Assembly (NCBI GenBank): GCA_049724395.1
Contig: JAUGWO010000023.1
Span: forward strand, 186,001 to 250,000
Reading direction: 5' to 3'
Length of the DNA stretch: 64,000 nucleotides
Source of the DNA: Spongospora subterranea f. sp. subterranea
Lineage: Eukaryota
Shown: in pieces, positions 1 through 15,512 of the stretch
Layout: each line of letters begins with the position of its first letter
How positions within the stretch are numbered: the stretch's first letter is position 1
The notes under the pieces: model-generated
The model's database searches: none
Told to the model about the DNA's origin: nothing
Seen by the model: the letters and a program-made list of their open reading frames with translations, nothing else
Translations under genes and position numbers: made by a program

Positions 1-1994
1 CCAACTGTTGGCCAATTACATACGCAAGCTGAGCAGTGGTCGACCTTCTCAGGAAATGCCGATTCACTTACAATTAGCATCAGATCAGATAGTGAGACGG
101 TTTAGCGCCTCAGGGATTTCACTTGGCCCATGTAGGCTGGTTCAATCCAAACGGGACTTCGACTAAATACTTATTCGCGTTCAGTGAAATGGAGAATCGA
201 ATCACCTGAGCTAGCGGATCTGATTCGCTCGTCGGAAGCGCTTCAGATGTCTGACGTAATGCGATATATTGAACTGAGCCAATGGCATGATTCCAAGCAG
301 CATGCCGTGTCGTCAGTTTCTTGCACCGACTCGGATCCAGCAACCATTCGCAATCTAGGGTTTTCTCTCGCGCTAAACTCAAGGCTGGTGTATATCTTTG
401 ACGAACCGGTACCACTTTTCATGTCGCTGATCATCAGCAAAACAGTGATTCTAGAACGTCGTAGGACTCGAAGAAAAATGTCGGATATGTAGTCGATACC
501 TCAACTGGAAGAACGCTCATCAAAAGCGCAACAATGAGCAAGCTTATTGAGAAACTCATAGATCCTGTTCGTCCCGTTGATCGCCAGGTTCAGTGGACGC
601 TGCTCATTACTCATCCGATGGTGATGTCGTCAATCGATATTATACTGGAGCTCCTCGTGCAACGATGCAATATTCCGTATCCGCCCAATATGACCCCAAA
701 TGAACTGGCGCGATTTAGCAAAACCATTATCGCCCCGATCCAACACAGGTGCTTGACCATTTGGGGTGATTGGCTGGAACAGTTTCCTAGTGACATTATC
801 GACAACGATGAAGGTCAGTCGCTGTTGTATTGGCTTCTTCAGCTTCCACTGAGATCATGATTGACAGTCGTGTCGATGTTGGAGCAACAGCTGAACGATA
901 TGGCCGAATCGGGTGAAATTTGGGTGAAAGACCCTGTTAATTCCCTAATCGAACTAATTGCGGAAAAACGTCGAAAAACTGGTCATCAAGAAGGGCCGGT
1001 ACTACCGTTGCCGGAATCGTCGTTAGTTGGACCACTCTCGAACGGAAGATCAGATTGCTGACAATACACATGCATCAGATCTGAAGGAGCCAATCTTGCC
1101 TTTTCTGACATATCAGATGAGACCTTCGTTCAAACTATCTGCTTAGAGGATTATAAAGTGTTTAAAGCGATTACAGCCCGAGAGTTCTTGAGTCAGACCT
1201 GGTCCAAAGGACAAAGCAAAGCTCCGAACATTATGGGAATGATTTCGAGATTCAACAAGATGACGTTCTTCGTGCAGAATCAAATATTGCGTCAAGAGCT
1301 TCTTCCGAAACGAATAACCGTTTTGAAGCGGTTTATTCTTTTAGCGAAAGTGTGTCTCACTATTTGCCATTTTTGAATTCAGTTCCTCGTTAACGTATAC
1401 GTACAGGAATTCCGACTTCGCAAGAATTACAATGCGGTATTTGCGATATACGCCAGTCTCAACGCTAACGCTATCCATCGTCTAAAACATACATGGGAGG
1501 TAACTGCTTAATTAGATCACCCTTGTTTTCTGGAATAATTCTGACCATAACGCAGGGACTGCCAATCAAACATCGATCCTCTTTTGACGATCTAAAGAAA
1601 CTGTTTAGCGTTGTAAACAACTGCAAAGCATTGCGAGCAGAGATGAAAATGGTGGTTCCTCCCTGTATACCTCATTTAGGTTTGTATTTTAAAACACAGT
1701 TTTTCTTGCCGTTCATCCGACATGTTCAAAATAGGATTAACTTTACAAGATTTAACGTTTATCGGGGATGGTAATCCGGATTTCGTCATGCACGGGATGA
1801 TCAACATGCAGAAATTGGCCATGATAGCGGACCGCATTCAATGGGTTCGGGATTGCCAAAAGGTTCCGTACAACACCGAATCGGTACCCAAGACCGACAT
1901 CAGGAAGTTTCTCGATCAGGAGTCGGTTGTTATGGACGAGGAGACATTATGGCAGCTTTCCCAGATGATCGAACCTCGACAAACTAAAACTTGA
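1..1994 (+). CDS. Ras guanine-nucleotide exchange factor (REM + CDC25 domain), multi-exon, 5' end outside the window
   Basis: REM-like 'ATMSKLIEKLIDP...LLITH'; CDC25 motifs 'FKAITAREFLSQTWSK..KAPNIMGMISRFN', 'NYNAVFAIYASLNANAIHRLKHTW', 'PPCIPHLG..LQDLTFIGDGNPD..GMINMQK', 'LWQLSQMIEPR'; stop at 1994. Confidence 0.9.
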
Positions 1995-2272
1995 TAGAAG
2001 GAGATTCTATGCTGAAACAATGCAATAATATACATATTCGGCTAAGCTGATCATCTACAAAAAGTAAAAGATTATAAACAAATTCATTTTCAATATGCAT
2101 CAATCAAAAATATCGAAGAGAGCGCGTGAAAATGTTTTGGTCGCGTTATCCGTACCTTCAAGCCGATCCGAATTCAAAATATCATTGGGTGATCAAGGAT
2201 CATTGATGATATATTTAGCTAACCCTCAGAGGAGCCTTTGATTCCAGCCAATGGGAAGGGCTTCAACGGTCC

Positions 2273-5200
2273 TTGACTTGGGCGAAATCCAGACTCCAGC
2301 CACATTCGCGACGTTCGATACACCTTCGTCATGCAAATGTGGATTCCAGCGAGCCAGATACGCTGATGAATGCGGGCACCGCTCCTGTGATCCGAACCAT
2401 TACGGTTATCGACGAGGAAGGTCGTAACTCTGATGATGCGGCACGACCGCCCAAGGAACTGGGTGAACAAAAACGGTTATGGACTTCGACATCAACCCGA
2501 GCTCGGTTACAGTCTATTCTGCAAAACGTCTGGGTTACTTTGCTGATGTCGCTCGCTACGCTGGTCTCGCTGTTTGGTGACGATGCTCGGCTGGCTTGGA
2601 CAACTATCAGTGCCGATGATGCATGGACCGTCCTATTCACATTCACCGCGTTCCTGTTCGTGATCGAGTTTAGTCTGATGTCCCTTTCAACTCCTGGATA
2701 TGCCAACAGTTTCGCATTTTGGCTTGACATTATGTCAATTCTGGCCATGTTTGCTGAGATTCCTTGGGTGATGACTGGCTTACTAGAAGACCTTGGCCTC
2801 TCATCCGCTATATTGAGCAATCTGAACGTGACAAGAGCCGGCCGTATATCTAAACTCGGAACCCGCGCTGCACGTGTCACTCGAATTGTTCGTATGGCTC
2901 GCTTGTTTCGAATCTCAAATGTTTTGTCATTTGGAATGAAAAAAATTATTCCAGCGGAACCGAACGCCGAAGAGGTACGATTACGATCACGTCGTGGTCA
3001 GGATCTGAGGTCAAATGCGATTGGCTAGGCGCTGGATCCAGGAGAACCAGATATGGACATCTCACGACAGTTCTTCAGGCAGGGGTCATTAGCCAGGAAG
3101 GAGTCGGGCGCGACCGTTAGGAGGGACGATAACCAGGATGATAATGAGGATGACAGTCCAGTGGAAGGGACCGTCGTGGGGCGTACATTATCAGAGCTGA
3201 CCACGAAACGTGTCATTATGATTATCCTGATGGTGTTACTGATAGTCCCACTGCTATCAGTTGATATCGTATGTAACACCAAATGACATCGATGTTTTCA
3301 GTAGAAACGTGATCGTGCTACTGACTGTCCGACTGTTATTACTTGATATCGTATGTAACACCAAATGACGTTGGTTTTCCACTGTAACTATAGTCAGTAC
3401 AACACGCAATCCGTTTTCTCCCATTTTTTTGTTTTGAATGACGATTACAGCTTGTGAAAGTGATTCCATGTGCTGATCCTACGGTTTTCGAATCGTCAAC
3501 GCAACTGTATTAACTGATTTCTTGGCAGAGCGATGCTGCGGTCAGTGTTTCGCTGCAACGAATTGAGGCGTCGGCGTCACGGCCAGACCTCCAGCAATTG
3601 TATATCGACACCTTGATCGGAAATCCTAGGATATCGTTATTGTACTTGCAAGTCGGATCGGTCATCTATGTGGACATGCCGATTTCTGACTTTCGGTTGA
3701 TCGAACTTGATTATACGTTCGAAAGCATATCCCAAGCAATCGTCGACGTTAGATCGAGCAACATCGCGCAAGCTCAAATGAGGTACTATATAATAGCAAC
3801 GAAAGTAGACCAATAGTTAATTCGGATTATAGTATGCTCCTGATGTTGCTGACTGTAGTCGCTTTGGGTACCGGAGCGTTTCTGTTTTCTCGTGATGCAT
3901 TTCTGTTGGTGATCGGTCCAATCGAGAGGATGGTCGGCTTCGTAAAAAAACTGGCTACAAATCCTTTAGATATTGTCAGCAATAATGATTCTTCTCCAAG
4001 CAGCAAAACAAAAATGTTTGAAACCGAGTTGTTGGAAGCGACTTTAATCAAACTTGGTTGCTTGCTTCAGGTCGGGATCCGTCAGGGCTTCAAAGCCCAT
4101 TTATACAAGTACTGAATGTCCATGTTGGAATCAGATTGGTTTTGGTTCAGCTGGAGCCAGTATTATCGCCAAGAACTTCAAACATCACGGGAAGATGTTA
4201 AACCCCATGATACCTGGTTCGAGGATCAATGGAGTTTTTGCGTTTTGCGACATTCGACGGTTTACAGACACTACGGAATGTTTGCAAGAAAGTGTCATGG
4301 TTTTTGTAAATGAGGTGAAGCCTGTTTTCAAAATACTCATGTGACTTTATGTGGTAATTGATTTCCTGACAGATTGCCAATATTGTTCATGGCTGTTGCC
4401 ATAGGCTAGGTGGCGCTGCGAACAAAAATATAGGCGATGCATTTTTCATTGTATGGAAAATGAATCGCGACGGTAATCAAATGGAGCAAGAACACTTGGT
4501 TTGTTTCATGTAATAGATGCTGTGGCCCGTGTAGCCTCATTATTCTTTTCGCGTAGATTGGAGATTCTAGAAGGCATATTGCAGATCAAGCAGTTATTGC
4601 ATTTGTTCATTGCGTTGTTGAGTTATTAACGTCACCGCTCATGCAGAGATGGAGGGATGATCAGCGCATCAATGAGCGCATGCCGGGATATAATATCAAC
4701 TTAGGTGCCCTCGTTAAATGTCCATTTGATATTTGGTTGCTCATACAGATGACGAATTACAACCTAGGGGTTGGCATTCATTGGGGGTGGGCGATTGAAG
4801 GGGCTATTGGAACAGAGCAAAAAATCGATGCATCATATCTCTCGCCACATGTTGACATGTCGCAAACTCTAGAAGAGTTGACAAAAGTGTATGGGGTCCC
4901 TTTACTTTTCTCCGGCGAAGTCTACAGCATCTTGTCTCCGACACTGCAACAGATGTGTCGTTTTTTGGATGTTATTTATAGAAGAACCGAGTATCCTCTG
5001 AAGGTATGTCTCCTTGCAGATTTTGGATTTCGATTAGCTTATCTAAAACTAGGTCTATACTTTTGACATCGGTGGCGAGGCCCTGGAAATTCAAAGAAAT
5101 GAGCCAGCTATGCCCAGATTACTGACCAGAGCGAGTATCTCGTTGACCTCCAGAAAATCTCCATGGATCGGAAGGTGGTCGACGATTGATGCGATGGGAG

Positions 5201-5606
5201 ACCTTGTCCAAAATCCTGTGTTGCTCCCTGCGGATTTGATCGCTGAAGAGCCTGAAGACGCCATCGACGATGAAAACGATGAAGAAGACACTGCTGATAA
5301 CTTGATTAATATTGACTTCAATAGTCAAGTCAAGGTAATATAGCCCTTTATAGTCGATTAAAGCGGTGCTGAACAGAATGCAAGCCTTTTCGAATAGGGA
5401 TCGACCCCAAATGGATAGATTTGTTCAACAGGGCAACAAGCCAATATGTCTTGGGAAAATGGGAGATTGCGAGAGATCTTCTTCATATTTGTCAAGCAAT
5501 CGTTCCCCGAGATAAGCCGACACAATTTCTCTTAGAATATATGGGAGCTTCGAAATATATAGCACCTTCATCGTGGGATGGATGTCGCCGAAGTGACTCT
5601 CATTAA
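2273..5606 (+). CDS. Ion-channel-fused class III adenylyl cyclase (Paramecium AC / Plasmodium ACalpha type), multi-exon; start uncertain
   Basis: TM helices and an S4-like Arg repeat 'RAGRISKLGTRAARVTRIVRMARLFR'; 'VGRTLSELTTKRVI'; cyclase motifs 'FAFCDIRRFTDTTECLQE', 'ANKNIGDAF', 'GIHWGWAIEGAIGT..KIDASYLSPH'; C-terminal TPR-like 'YVLGKWEIA..L...P.DKPT..LL.YM...APSSWDG'. Confidence 0.88.
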
Positions 5607-5647
5607 CATAAACTTTAAAAACATAGCAAGCATAAGCTTGATTTTAT

Positions 5648-8600
5648 TCAATTTTTTGGGACACCTTCATCGGCAAGTAATGGCTCTGAAATTGATTGTG
5701 TATGGGAAACAGTTCGCATTTCTTCAATTAAACACATTAGGCAGGGCAAAAAGATCAAACCATGTGCCGCGCCGATTACACATATAAGGAAATACATATG
5801 CGCGTAGTATGTTCGAATCATTTCAGTGGCGCTGAGATACAGAACAAAAAGCCCAACAATCTGTAGGTTGTATTTTCTCAGCCAAATCTAGGGGAGTAGA
5901 AAGAAATTCGCACACCTTGGTCAAGAAGATTCCCTTAAAAATGCAGCTACCGGTCTCTGAAACGCATTCGGAGATTCGTAAATGTACTGAGGGCTGGGAG
6001 CTTATCTTATAGTGGTAAACAATTGGGAGGCAAAACTCCACAGATAAGCCGACACATGTGACTAAAAAACGAATAAATCAAAGAACTTGGGGACAGTACT
6101 ACACTTACCGAGATTAACAACCGAGACAGCGTTCAACATGATACCAGACGAAGCCATTATCCCCAAAACATCAATAACAATGAATGCTATGGTCCCACCA
6201 ATAGCCAATGCCATCACTAAATTACAGCAAATCTTTGCATTAACTTCTCATTGTTTCAGTTGAGACATAAACGCACCTGCATCAGCAAGTAGAGCCAGAC
6301 AAGCAACAGTTACTGCCAATAATGCAGCTCCAATAGCCATTGCTGCAACGTCTTCGATCGTCAGATATTGCTCGAAAAATACGTAGAATAAAGAGTCAGG
6401 AAACAGATGTAACCCTGTCGCTTCAGAAATTTTAGAGGCGACGGATCGGGACGACTACAAAACGTAAACGTGAAATTGAATAGTGAAAGATAATACTGAG
6501 TAAACCTTGAGGGCGGAGATAAACTCAGACTGGGTTTGCAGCACAGTATGATAGGCCATAAATCTTGAAGCTGCGACTTTAACGGAACCCTAACAGTAAA
6601 TGATTTAAAATGAAACAAAAAAAAACAACAAATACATCTTTTTCTGAAACAATTTTCAGATTTTGGTAGTGAGGGGTACTACAGAACGGGCACAAAGCGC
6701 TGCAGTTAGACTGAAGAAACCTGACAGATGACAGTTAGCAGCTGAATTGAAATATCAAGCTGATATACTCGGGAAGGAAACGATTAAAAGCATCAGAGGT
6801 AGGCCTACCGCTCGTTACGTTAATCATGAGGTGGCCATGAATATCATATCCAGAATCGGATATACAGGGCATGCAGTTGTCGTCGAGCTCACTCGGTAAA
6901 CAGAACGCTCCAGTGTTGATATTCCTAGAAAAAACACAGTTCATGTGGAGGTTGCCAAAGCGATAAATAAATCAACCTTCGGCAACAAGAGGAGGACGAT
7001 ATGTGAAGAAAAGGGGGACTTAACCATTGGAGATAGTCATCGATCCAATTAACTGCACCGGTTTGCAGATACGTGATATCTGGTGACTTTGCAGCCAATG
7101 TTACAATTTCACCTAACACCAGTAAATGAGATGTATGTCGCAATAACAAGCAGAAACCGGCTTACCGAGGGATTCCTTAGAGCATTGTGGAAGACTGCAA
7201 AGGGAATTTTGAACATCGACAGAAGAAAAGTCTGCTTCTGTAAATGTAGTACGCTGGTGGCCCAACACGAAGAAGGGACGTTACGTCCTGAGAGGTTATG
7301 GTTCAAGCGGGAGAGATGAACTGTAAATTAAATACAATACCTGCAAATAATCTTGAAGATATGAATCGGAAGGAAGAGCAATTTTCGGATCCATTCCTAG
7401 CTCTAAGTGCGAGCTTATCAGAATTAAGCACAGGAAAGCGGCAATAAGGAAAGTTAAGACAATTATTCGTTTGCAAATCCGGTGCACTGGGAAAAGTTGT
7501 TTCAAATATACCAGTAATACAGTAGATTCACATTCCAGAATGCTGACCAATTACGGGAACTAGTGTTCGCTTCATTATAATTCCGACAGGCTCATACGTT
7601 GGTGTTTCAGCACTATTGGACCTGATAGAAATACATGGGAGACAATCCCAGCGTCCACTTTGTACGCGAGCATCGTCAAGCACGATGAAAGCACAGAAGC
7701 ACTATGAAGATTTGAGATTGACCAATAATACGATCAGGACCATACGGTAAGCTGAAGACAAAGGTTGACAATTACACTGAGCGATCCGTATGCTGCGAAT
7801 GATCGGACCGCAGGCATAGATGTTAATGCACCAAGCAGAAAAGCCAGCGATTCACAGACAGACGCCAGACAAATCGATGGCCCGACCTCACAAAGCGCTT
7901 CTGACAGCTTATCCTGAGATACGAAACAACTCAACTTCTACGGCATGTGTAAAGAAGGACTAACCGAAGATGGTAAGTTTTCAGGCTGTCGCCGAAAAGC
8001 TTTGAAGATTACAAAGACGTTGTCGACGCCGATTGCAAGGACAATGAAAGGAATCACCTATATTTTGAAGCTCGGAAACAAGGCAAGAATTTCTGGAGGT
8101 TCCTCACTTCGCCGATGATGAGGGTGAACTTGACGCCTAACATAGCGCAGAACGCTACAGCCAACGTCACCGACATTATAACCGTAAAGATAGCCGCTAT
8201 AGCCAAGGTGAACCGCGTAGAGTTCCATAGTTGTCGAAGTGGAAAACACTGCAAGATATTACTTAGACAAGAGACAGAGACTATGTTGACGTGTATGGCA
8301 ATACCTCGCCAAGAGCGAACGTGATATAAATACACATCAACAGGTAAGATAACCCAATTGATACCGCGCTGGCATACACTTACAGCCCATTTGAATACCG
8401 GGAAAGATTGCAGACGTTAGGAAGACCTACCTTGAGCGTTAAGTTCGGTTTGCAGTGATTGCTCTGAAGAAAACGAAACGGAAAAGTCAGGGAACTCTTG
8501 GCTTGCAATTAGACGCATTTCAGATATAAATGACCGCTCCCTGACAATCATGATCAGCACTTGTTGGTCGCTTTTGTTACACAAAGATACCACGAAGTCA

Positions 8601-10780
8601 AAATATCACTCGACTTCTGGCCGGTTGCCCCGTTTAACAGCAAGGTAAAAATCGTTGCTGTTGCGCTTTCATATGAACTTTCATTATGACGCAACCCACC
8701 TATACCTTCCTTAATCAAAACCATTATTTGGAGAAATCGAGTACCTAATATCACTTCTGACATGGTTGGCATCCCTGACTCATCGAAGCAAAGAGGGTCG
8801 AAGTTATTTGATGTACAGTACTGGAAGTGGTCATACGCGTCCCTGGCAGAAGTCTCATTGGCAATGGGTTCCGATCCCCAAAATCCCAAAACTGATTGAA
8901 CAAGACACGGCTGGTTTGGGGATAAACGATAACATAATTCGTTATATGAAACAGAGGAGTCATTGGTAATGACTGATATGGAGAGCAATCGCTCGCGTAA
9001 CGAGTACAGTCTAAAAAGCAAAGATTTCGTGGAAGCTGACTGCGAACAAAGTGAAATTACAATGAGCAGTTTTTTAAGACGAACGAACTACCTCAAACAT
9101 GGGAGAACCGTCTTTCCGATTGAGAATAACCTGGCAGGCGATAATGAGATGTGGTGAAAATGTACAAACCGTGGCAAATGGTACCTGTTCAACACGAAAT
9201 GGGTTGCCAAACAAGGACTGGCTTTGGCGCATGTTCACATATGATTCACTCGATGGGGAAGTCCACAACTGGACTGGGTCTTGTAGCAATTCGAGTTTTG
9301 GTATGCCGATATAGGCACAGATAACAACCAGCGCGACGCAGTGGAGAATAGTAAGTTTCGGGTGACGTCCAACCAGTTTACCTACGAAGCGAAATGCAGC
9401 CTTCGAGATGCGAGGGGCTATTGTGTGATAAAAAATTATATGGTTAGTATCTGATATGGATCGAAGGTCTAAATTATACCGATGCTGGTGTATCGGTTTT
9501 GATTTACACCCATATCAGAGTTTCGGCGGGGGTAAGCGCTCAAAATCAAGGCAGTAAGTATCAAACCCGTGAACAGAATAATTGATGTTGCAAACAAGTT
9601 TAATAGATGGTCGCTGATAGAATATTAGCGACCTCTGTTATATCTATTTCATTGTTAACCAACCGTCCTGGATTCGGTTGCTGAGCTGCATTCAACGACA
9701 TCGCGTCTTCGTTGGGACAGGAAGAATCACAATCTGTTAGAGACATGTAATAAGCGAAGGATATCAAGGACTAGCAAGAATCACAATGCTACCCGAACAA
9801 GAACAGCTCAACGAGATATCGCTGGTTGAGCATTGGGTTACGAGAGTGCGCTTTGGAGTTGAATTAAGAGGGATGATTGTGCCAAGATTAGAATCAACAG
9901 GAAATCGGATCCATTCAGCAGAATAACCACCATGATCGAAGTCACGTCCCAAAAAGTTTAACCAATCAAACCCAGATATTACTCCAGGGAAGATGCTTTT
10001 AAACAGCTGTTTTCACAATTAGGTTCAAAAACCATGCACGTTGCTTCAGCTTACTTTCTTCCCTGTAGAACCTAGCTGAATATCTTTACACGAATCCAAA
10101 AGTCCTTTCGCATAATCAGCCGCAACGTGAAAATAAGTCGCCTTAACTGTATTGCCATTCTGGTCGTTGACAACTTCTTGAAGAATCTGTACCGGAGGGT
10201 AAATGTCATAGAAAATTCTATGTCTTAAGCAGCGTTGACCTCTTTAAAAAGACTTTGATCAGGAGAGCATGTGTATTGACACTAAAAGAAGTTCAGGCCA
10301 GGGATCCAAAAGTTTCAGAATTATCATACAAACAACTCGCGGAAATTTTGATAACAAGCTTGACAGCGGTACAAGATCGGGGCAGCCTATTAATCAACCC
10401 GTCAGCAAGAAAAAACAATATGATCGCGGAATACACCTGACGAAATCGGCCAGCCATTTCCTTGAACTGCTTTATATCGCAACAAAGTGCCTTTTCCTCG
10501 GCAAGCGAGGGGCAAATGTTTGCTAAGTTTTCAAGCCCTTCATGGAAAGCCGAGTCGATAGGGACCGCTAAAGTGTTGTTGACCTTATTGTTATACCCGT
10601 CTTGGGATTCGCTAAGAGAGTTTTATTGCGCAGCAACAACGATCATCAGGCGTGGGGTTACCTGAATCCGAACGCAACGCACCTCCCCGCTTCCCGGATG
10701 ACCTCTGAACTTGCGACCGCCGCGAACGATAACAAACTGGCCAATGCAACCCAGCAAATGAATGGCCAATCGTTCATCAT
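5648..10780 (-). CDS. NPC1: Niemann-Pick C1-like sterol transporter, multi-exon
   Basis: Signal peptide 'MMNDWPFICWVALASLLSFAAVA'; 'DPVQLWTSPSS..FGNPFRVEQ'; sterol-sensing domain 'IIGEVIPFIVLAIGVDNVF', 'GPSICLASVCESLAFLLGALTSMPAVRSF'; 'ALPSDSYLQDY', 'NWIDDYLQWL', 'VGLSVEFC', 'GAAHGLIFLP'. Confidence 0.92.
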
Positions 10781-10944
10781 GACGTTATTGTTAATTACGG
10801 TTATTATCGATTGCGAGGTAAATAACGTAATGGGACAGTTACCTCAGACTCAGAGGGTCACTTTAGAGCGTGTTGCCACGCCACACTCTTCTGTTACACA
10901 CATGCCGCTGTTTATGGTGCCATCCCGTGTACCGTCTCTTGTTG

Positions 10945-11350
10945 TACCAATCAACTTATCAATGATATTCTCTTATAACAACCGACACAAGCGATTCCAC
11001 TGTAGATGATCAGATTACCGATAAACTCATCGATGATGTTCTCTTATAACTGATTCAAATGTATTCCACCGATACCGAAGATGATCAGATTACCGATAAA
11101 CTCATTTTACTGAAATTCTTTTATAACTGACACAAATGTATTCCACCGATACCGAAGATGATCAAATTACCGATAAACTCATTTTACTGATATTCTCTTA
11201 TAACTGACACAAGTGTATTCCGACGATACCGAAGGTGATCAGATTACCGACAAACTCATTTTACTGATGTTCTCTTATAACTGATTCAAATGTATTCCAC
11301 CGATACCGAAGATTTTCGGATTACCGATGAAGTCCATTACTGATATTCTG
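10945..11350. repeat. Tandem minisatellite, ~77-bp unit, ~5 copies
   Basis: Unit GATGATCAGATTACCGATAAACTCATTTTACTGATATTCTCTTATAACTGACACAAATGTATTCCACCGATACCGAA starts at ~11005, 11080, 11157, 11234 and 11311. Confidence 0.93.
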
Positions 11351-11868
11351 GTAGACCCATCCACAGACCATATCAGTAATAAGAGAGACTCCTGTACATG
11401 TACAGTCTAATAATATTTGATATGCCATAGTGGAACTGTCGCAAACACGTTATGGTCGATGGGGGCCAGCTCTTGACAGTCTCTTAATTCCCAAACGACC
11501 GTGGGTGCTAATGTGCTGATTTATTCGATGCCGATAGAAATGGTTCAGGACTGCGAGGTTCGGAAAACGAGTGTTTGCACTTGCTCTTCATAGCAAAACG
11601 GCACAGGGTTGGCGATCCTGAGATGCTAGAAACCCTTGGTCGCCTCTTGTAAGTATGGCCTGGGAAAATGCGACAGTGCAACCCACCCGGTGGATTGGAA
11701 TATTCCATGTTACTGTGTCGTACCCGACAGTGTTGCTGCTGCTGCTCACGGAGTCCGCGAATAGCCGCACCAGGTGAAGGCGGCAGCCAAATTGCGCTGA
11801 CCGTCCCATTCACCATATCTCCCCATTCTTCATCGCACGTTATATAGATCGCAGAAATCCGCATCGCC

Positions 11869-13794
<1,926 letters not shown>

Positions 13795-14081
13795 GCTCCT
13801 ATTGTTCTGAATGCACGTTGTACCCATTTATTTCTAAAACTGATATCTTTGTATACTCACGGTTCATGGTCGACAACAACTTGATTCTGATCTGTTCACC
13901 GTGATAGAACGAAACTTCAGATATCGTAGATACATTATCAAGAGTTTATAAATAGGAGTGGTTTTGTGTGGGCAAGCGATGCGTGATCAGAAGCCCTTGA
14001 AGCCGGATTCCCCGAATGTTGGCATCATTACAACTGGAGGCCAATTATTTTCTTACAAAACTCGGCAACGGACGAAGCTGG

Positions 14082-15143
14082 TTAGAAGAAATCCTTCATT
14101 GACTTTATACAAAGTTCGACATGTTGCGACCTCTCGTTTGCGACAACATCACCTGCAAATCGTAATCCGCAAATCGGGCAAGCCGCAATATCAGATGGGG
14201 CATTTGTCGCCGCCGTTTGATCGTCGTTATCCTCGTCGCTTGAGCCACATAAATCTACAACCTCTAGCAGAGGTTGAGATGGTCTTCTACCAACGGGAAT
14301 ACTAGGATCGTTGGCCAAACGACCAATACAGGAGTCGCGGCCGTCAACCGTCACCAATTCCTGTATTTCTGGATCTGGTGCGGGAGGTGACACAACCACA
14401 ATCATGGGGTCCTCAATTACCGGGGATTTACCGAACGACATCGCTTTCTCCTTTGGCCCAAGACCAAAAGGTGGCGTTAATTGTACTGATGGAACCTCGG
14501 TAGGGGATGGCGCAATCTGATTCTCAATCGGGATATTGGGATAGTTGAATCCAGCTTGATCGAAATTCGCTCCGGAGTCCTCAACTGGCGTGGGAATGGA
14601 CGAAGATGCCCAATGGAATCCACCAGTTGTTCTCGACTCTTCAATATCTTCAGTTTTGATCCAGTCGAATGACAGAGCAGGCTTTGTCGACGGCCAATTC
14701 CCTCGGCGTCGCCTCGGGCGCCAGACCACAGATGGTTGCAAACTCAAGGAAGGAATATCATGCAAAACATGCGATTGTGCCGACCCTTCGCTGACGGCAA
14801 CTGGCGATTCTGACTGAGCGGGAACAATGTTCTCAATTTCACATGTCGACGTTGGATCGACACGCGATCGTTTCTTGATCGATTCTTTTGCGCATAAAAC
14901 ATCTGAGGTAGATTTCTGGATATGGTTTCTGTTGAGAGAGTATAAAAGCGAACACTGAGGCCGCTGACAGATATTGCCTACAACGACGGATCTTGATTCG
15001 AAGTGAGTTGCGATTGGATTGACTCTGAATTTAACGATGATCTGCGAGCTAACTGTTCTAAAAACCTGACCGGAACAGCACATATTATTCGGACATTCAA
15101 TGAAAAACCCGTCAAGAAAGCAGTACCGCTTCTGGCGCTTCAT
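14082..15143 (-). CDS. Largely disordered protein with a C-terminal UBZ-type (C2HC) zinc finger
   Basis: 'ACPICGLRF....NERSQHVELCI' resembles Rad18/UBZ4 fingers; SIM-like 'EVVDLCGSSDED' lies just upstream. Confidence 0.55.
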   Translation of the reverse strand: MKRQKRYCFLDGFFIECPNNMCCSGQVFRTVSSQIIVKFRVNPIATHFESRSVVVGNICQRPQCSLLYSLNRNHIQKSTSDVLCAKESIKKRSRVDPTSTCEIENIVPAQSESPVAVSEGSAQSHVLHDIPSLSLQPSVVWRPRRRRGNWPSTKPALSFDWIKTEDIEESRTTGGFHWASSSIPTPVEDSGANFDQAGFNYPNIPIENQIAPSPTEVPSVQLTPPFGLGPKEKAMSFGKSPVIEDPMIVVVSPPAPDPEIQELVTVDGRDSCIGRLANDPSIPVGRRPSQPLLEVVDLCGSSDEDNDDQTAATNAPSDIAACPICGLRFAGDVVANERSQHVELCIKSMKDFF

Positions 15144-15512
15144 CTTGCGCCAGAGTGCATGAGCCCGTACTGCATTTCTACCTGGCGATCATTACCCGTG
15201 CGGCCAACGATCAATGAGACCGGCGCCGCGCTGTCCTTCCCGATTTTCCTGACAAGTCCGTACCCGGTTCAGGGGTGTACCGGGTATTTCTCATGGCCAA
15301 TAATGCTTGTAGGGTAAAACGACTTACCGTACCCAATTCCGCGTGTATGTACTGACATGATCCGCTCCCCGAATCCTGCACCATACGGACCTGTATCTAC
15401 AAGGGTAACGATTCAAAATCGTAACGATTCTCAAGTGGGTTATTCATCTTTATTGTTATTTACATCTACAGTAATTGTGGCTGGTCACGTTTCTTCTTAG
15501 CCATTGTCCAGT

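Noticed and set aside
2329..2880. Long antisense ORFs (here and opposite HSP60, IMP3 and the 45.6-46.1 kb gene end)
   Set aside because: Shadows of coding sequence on the opposite strand, with no motifs of their own
10945..11350. CRISPR-like array
   Set aside because: Whole units repeat with no unique spacers; eukaryotic context and no cas genes
11696..11707. Heat-shock element upstream of HSP60 (GGAATATTCC)
   Set aside because: Only two nGAAn units, which is easily found by chance
11400..11860. HSP10 gene head-to-head with HSP60
   Set aside because: No GroES-like motif in the upstream ORFs
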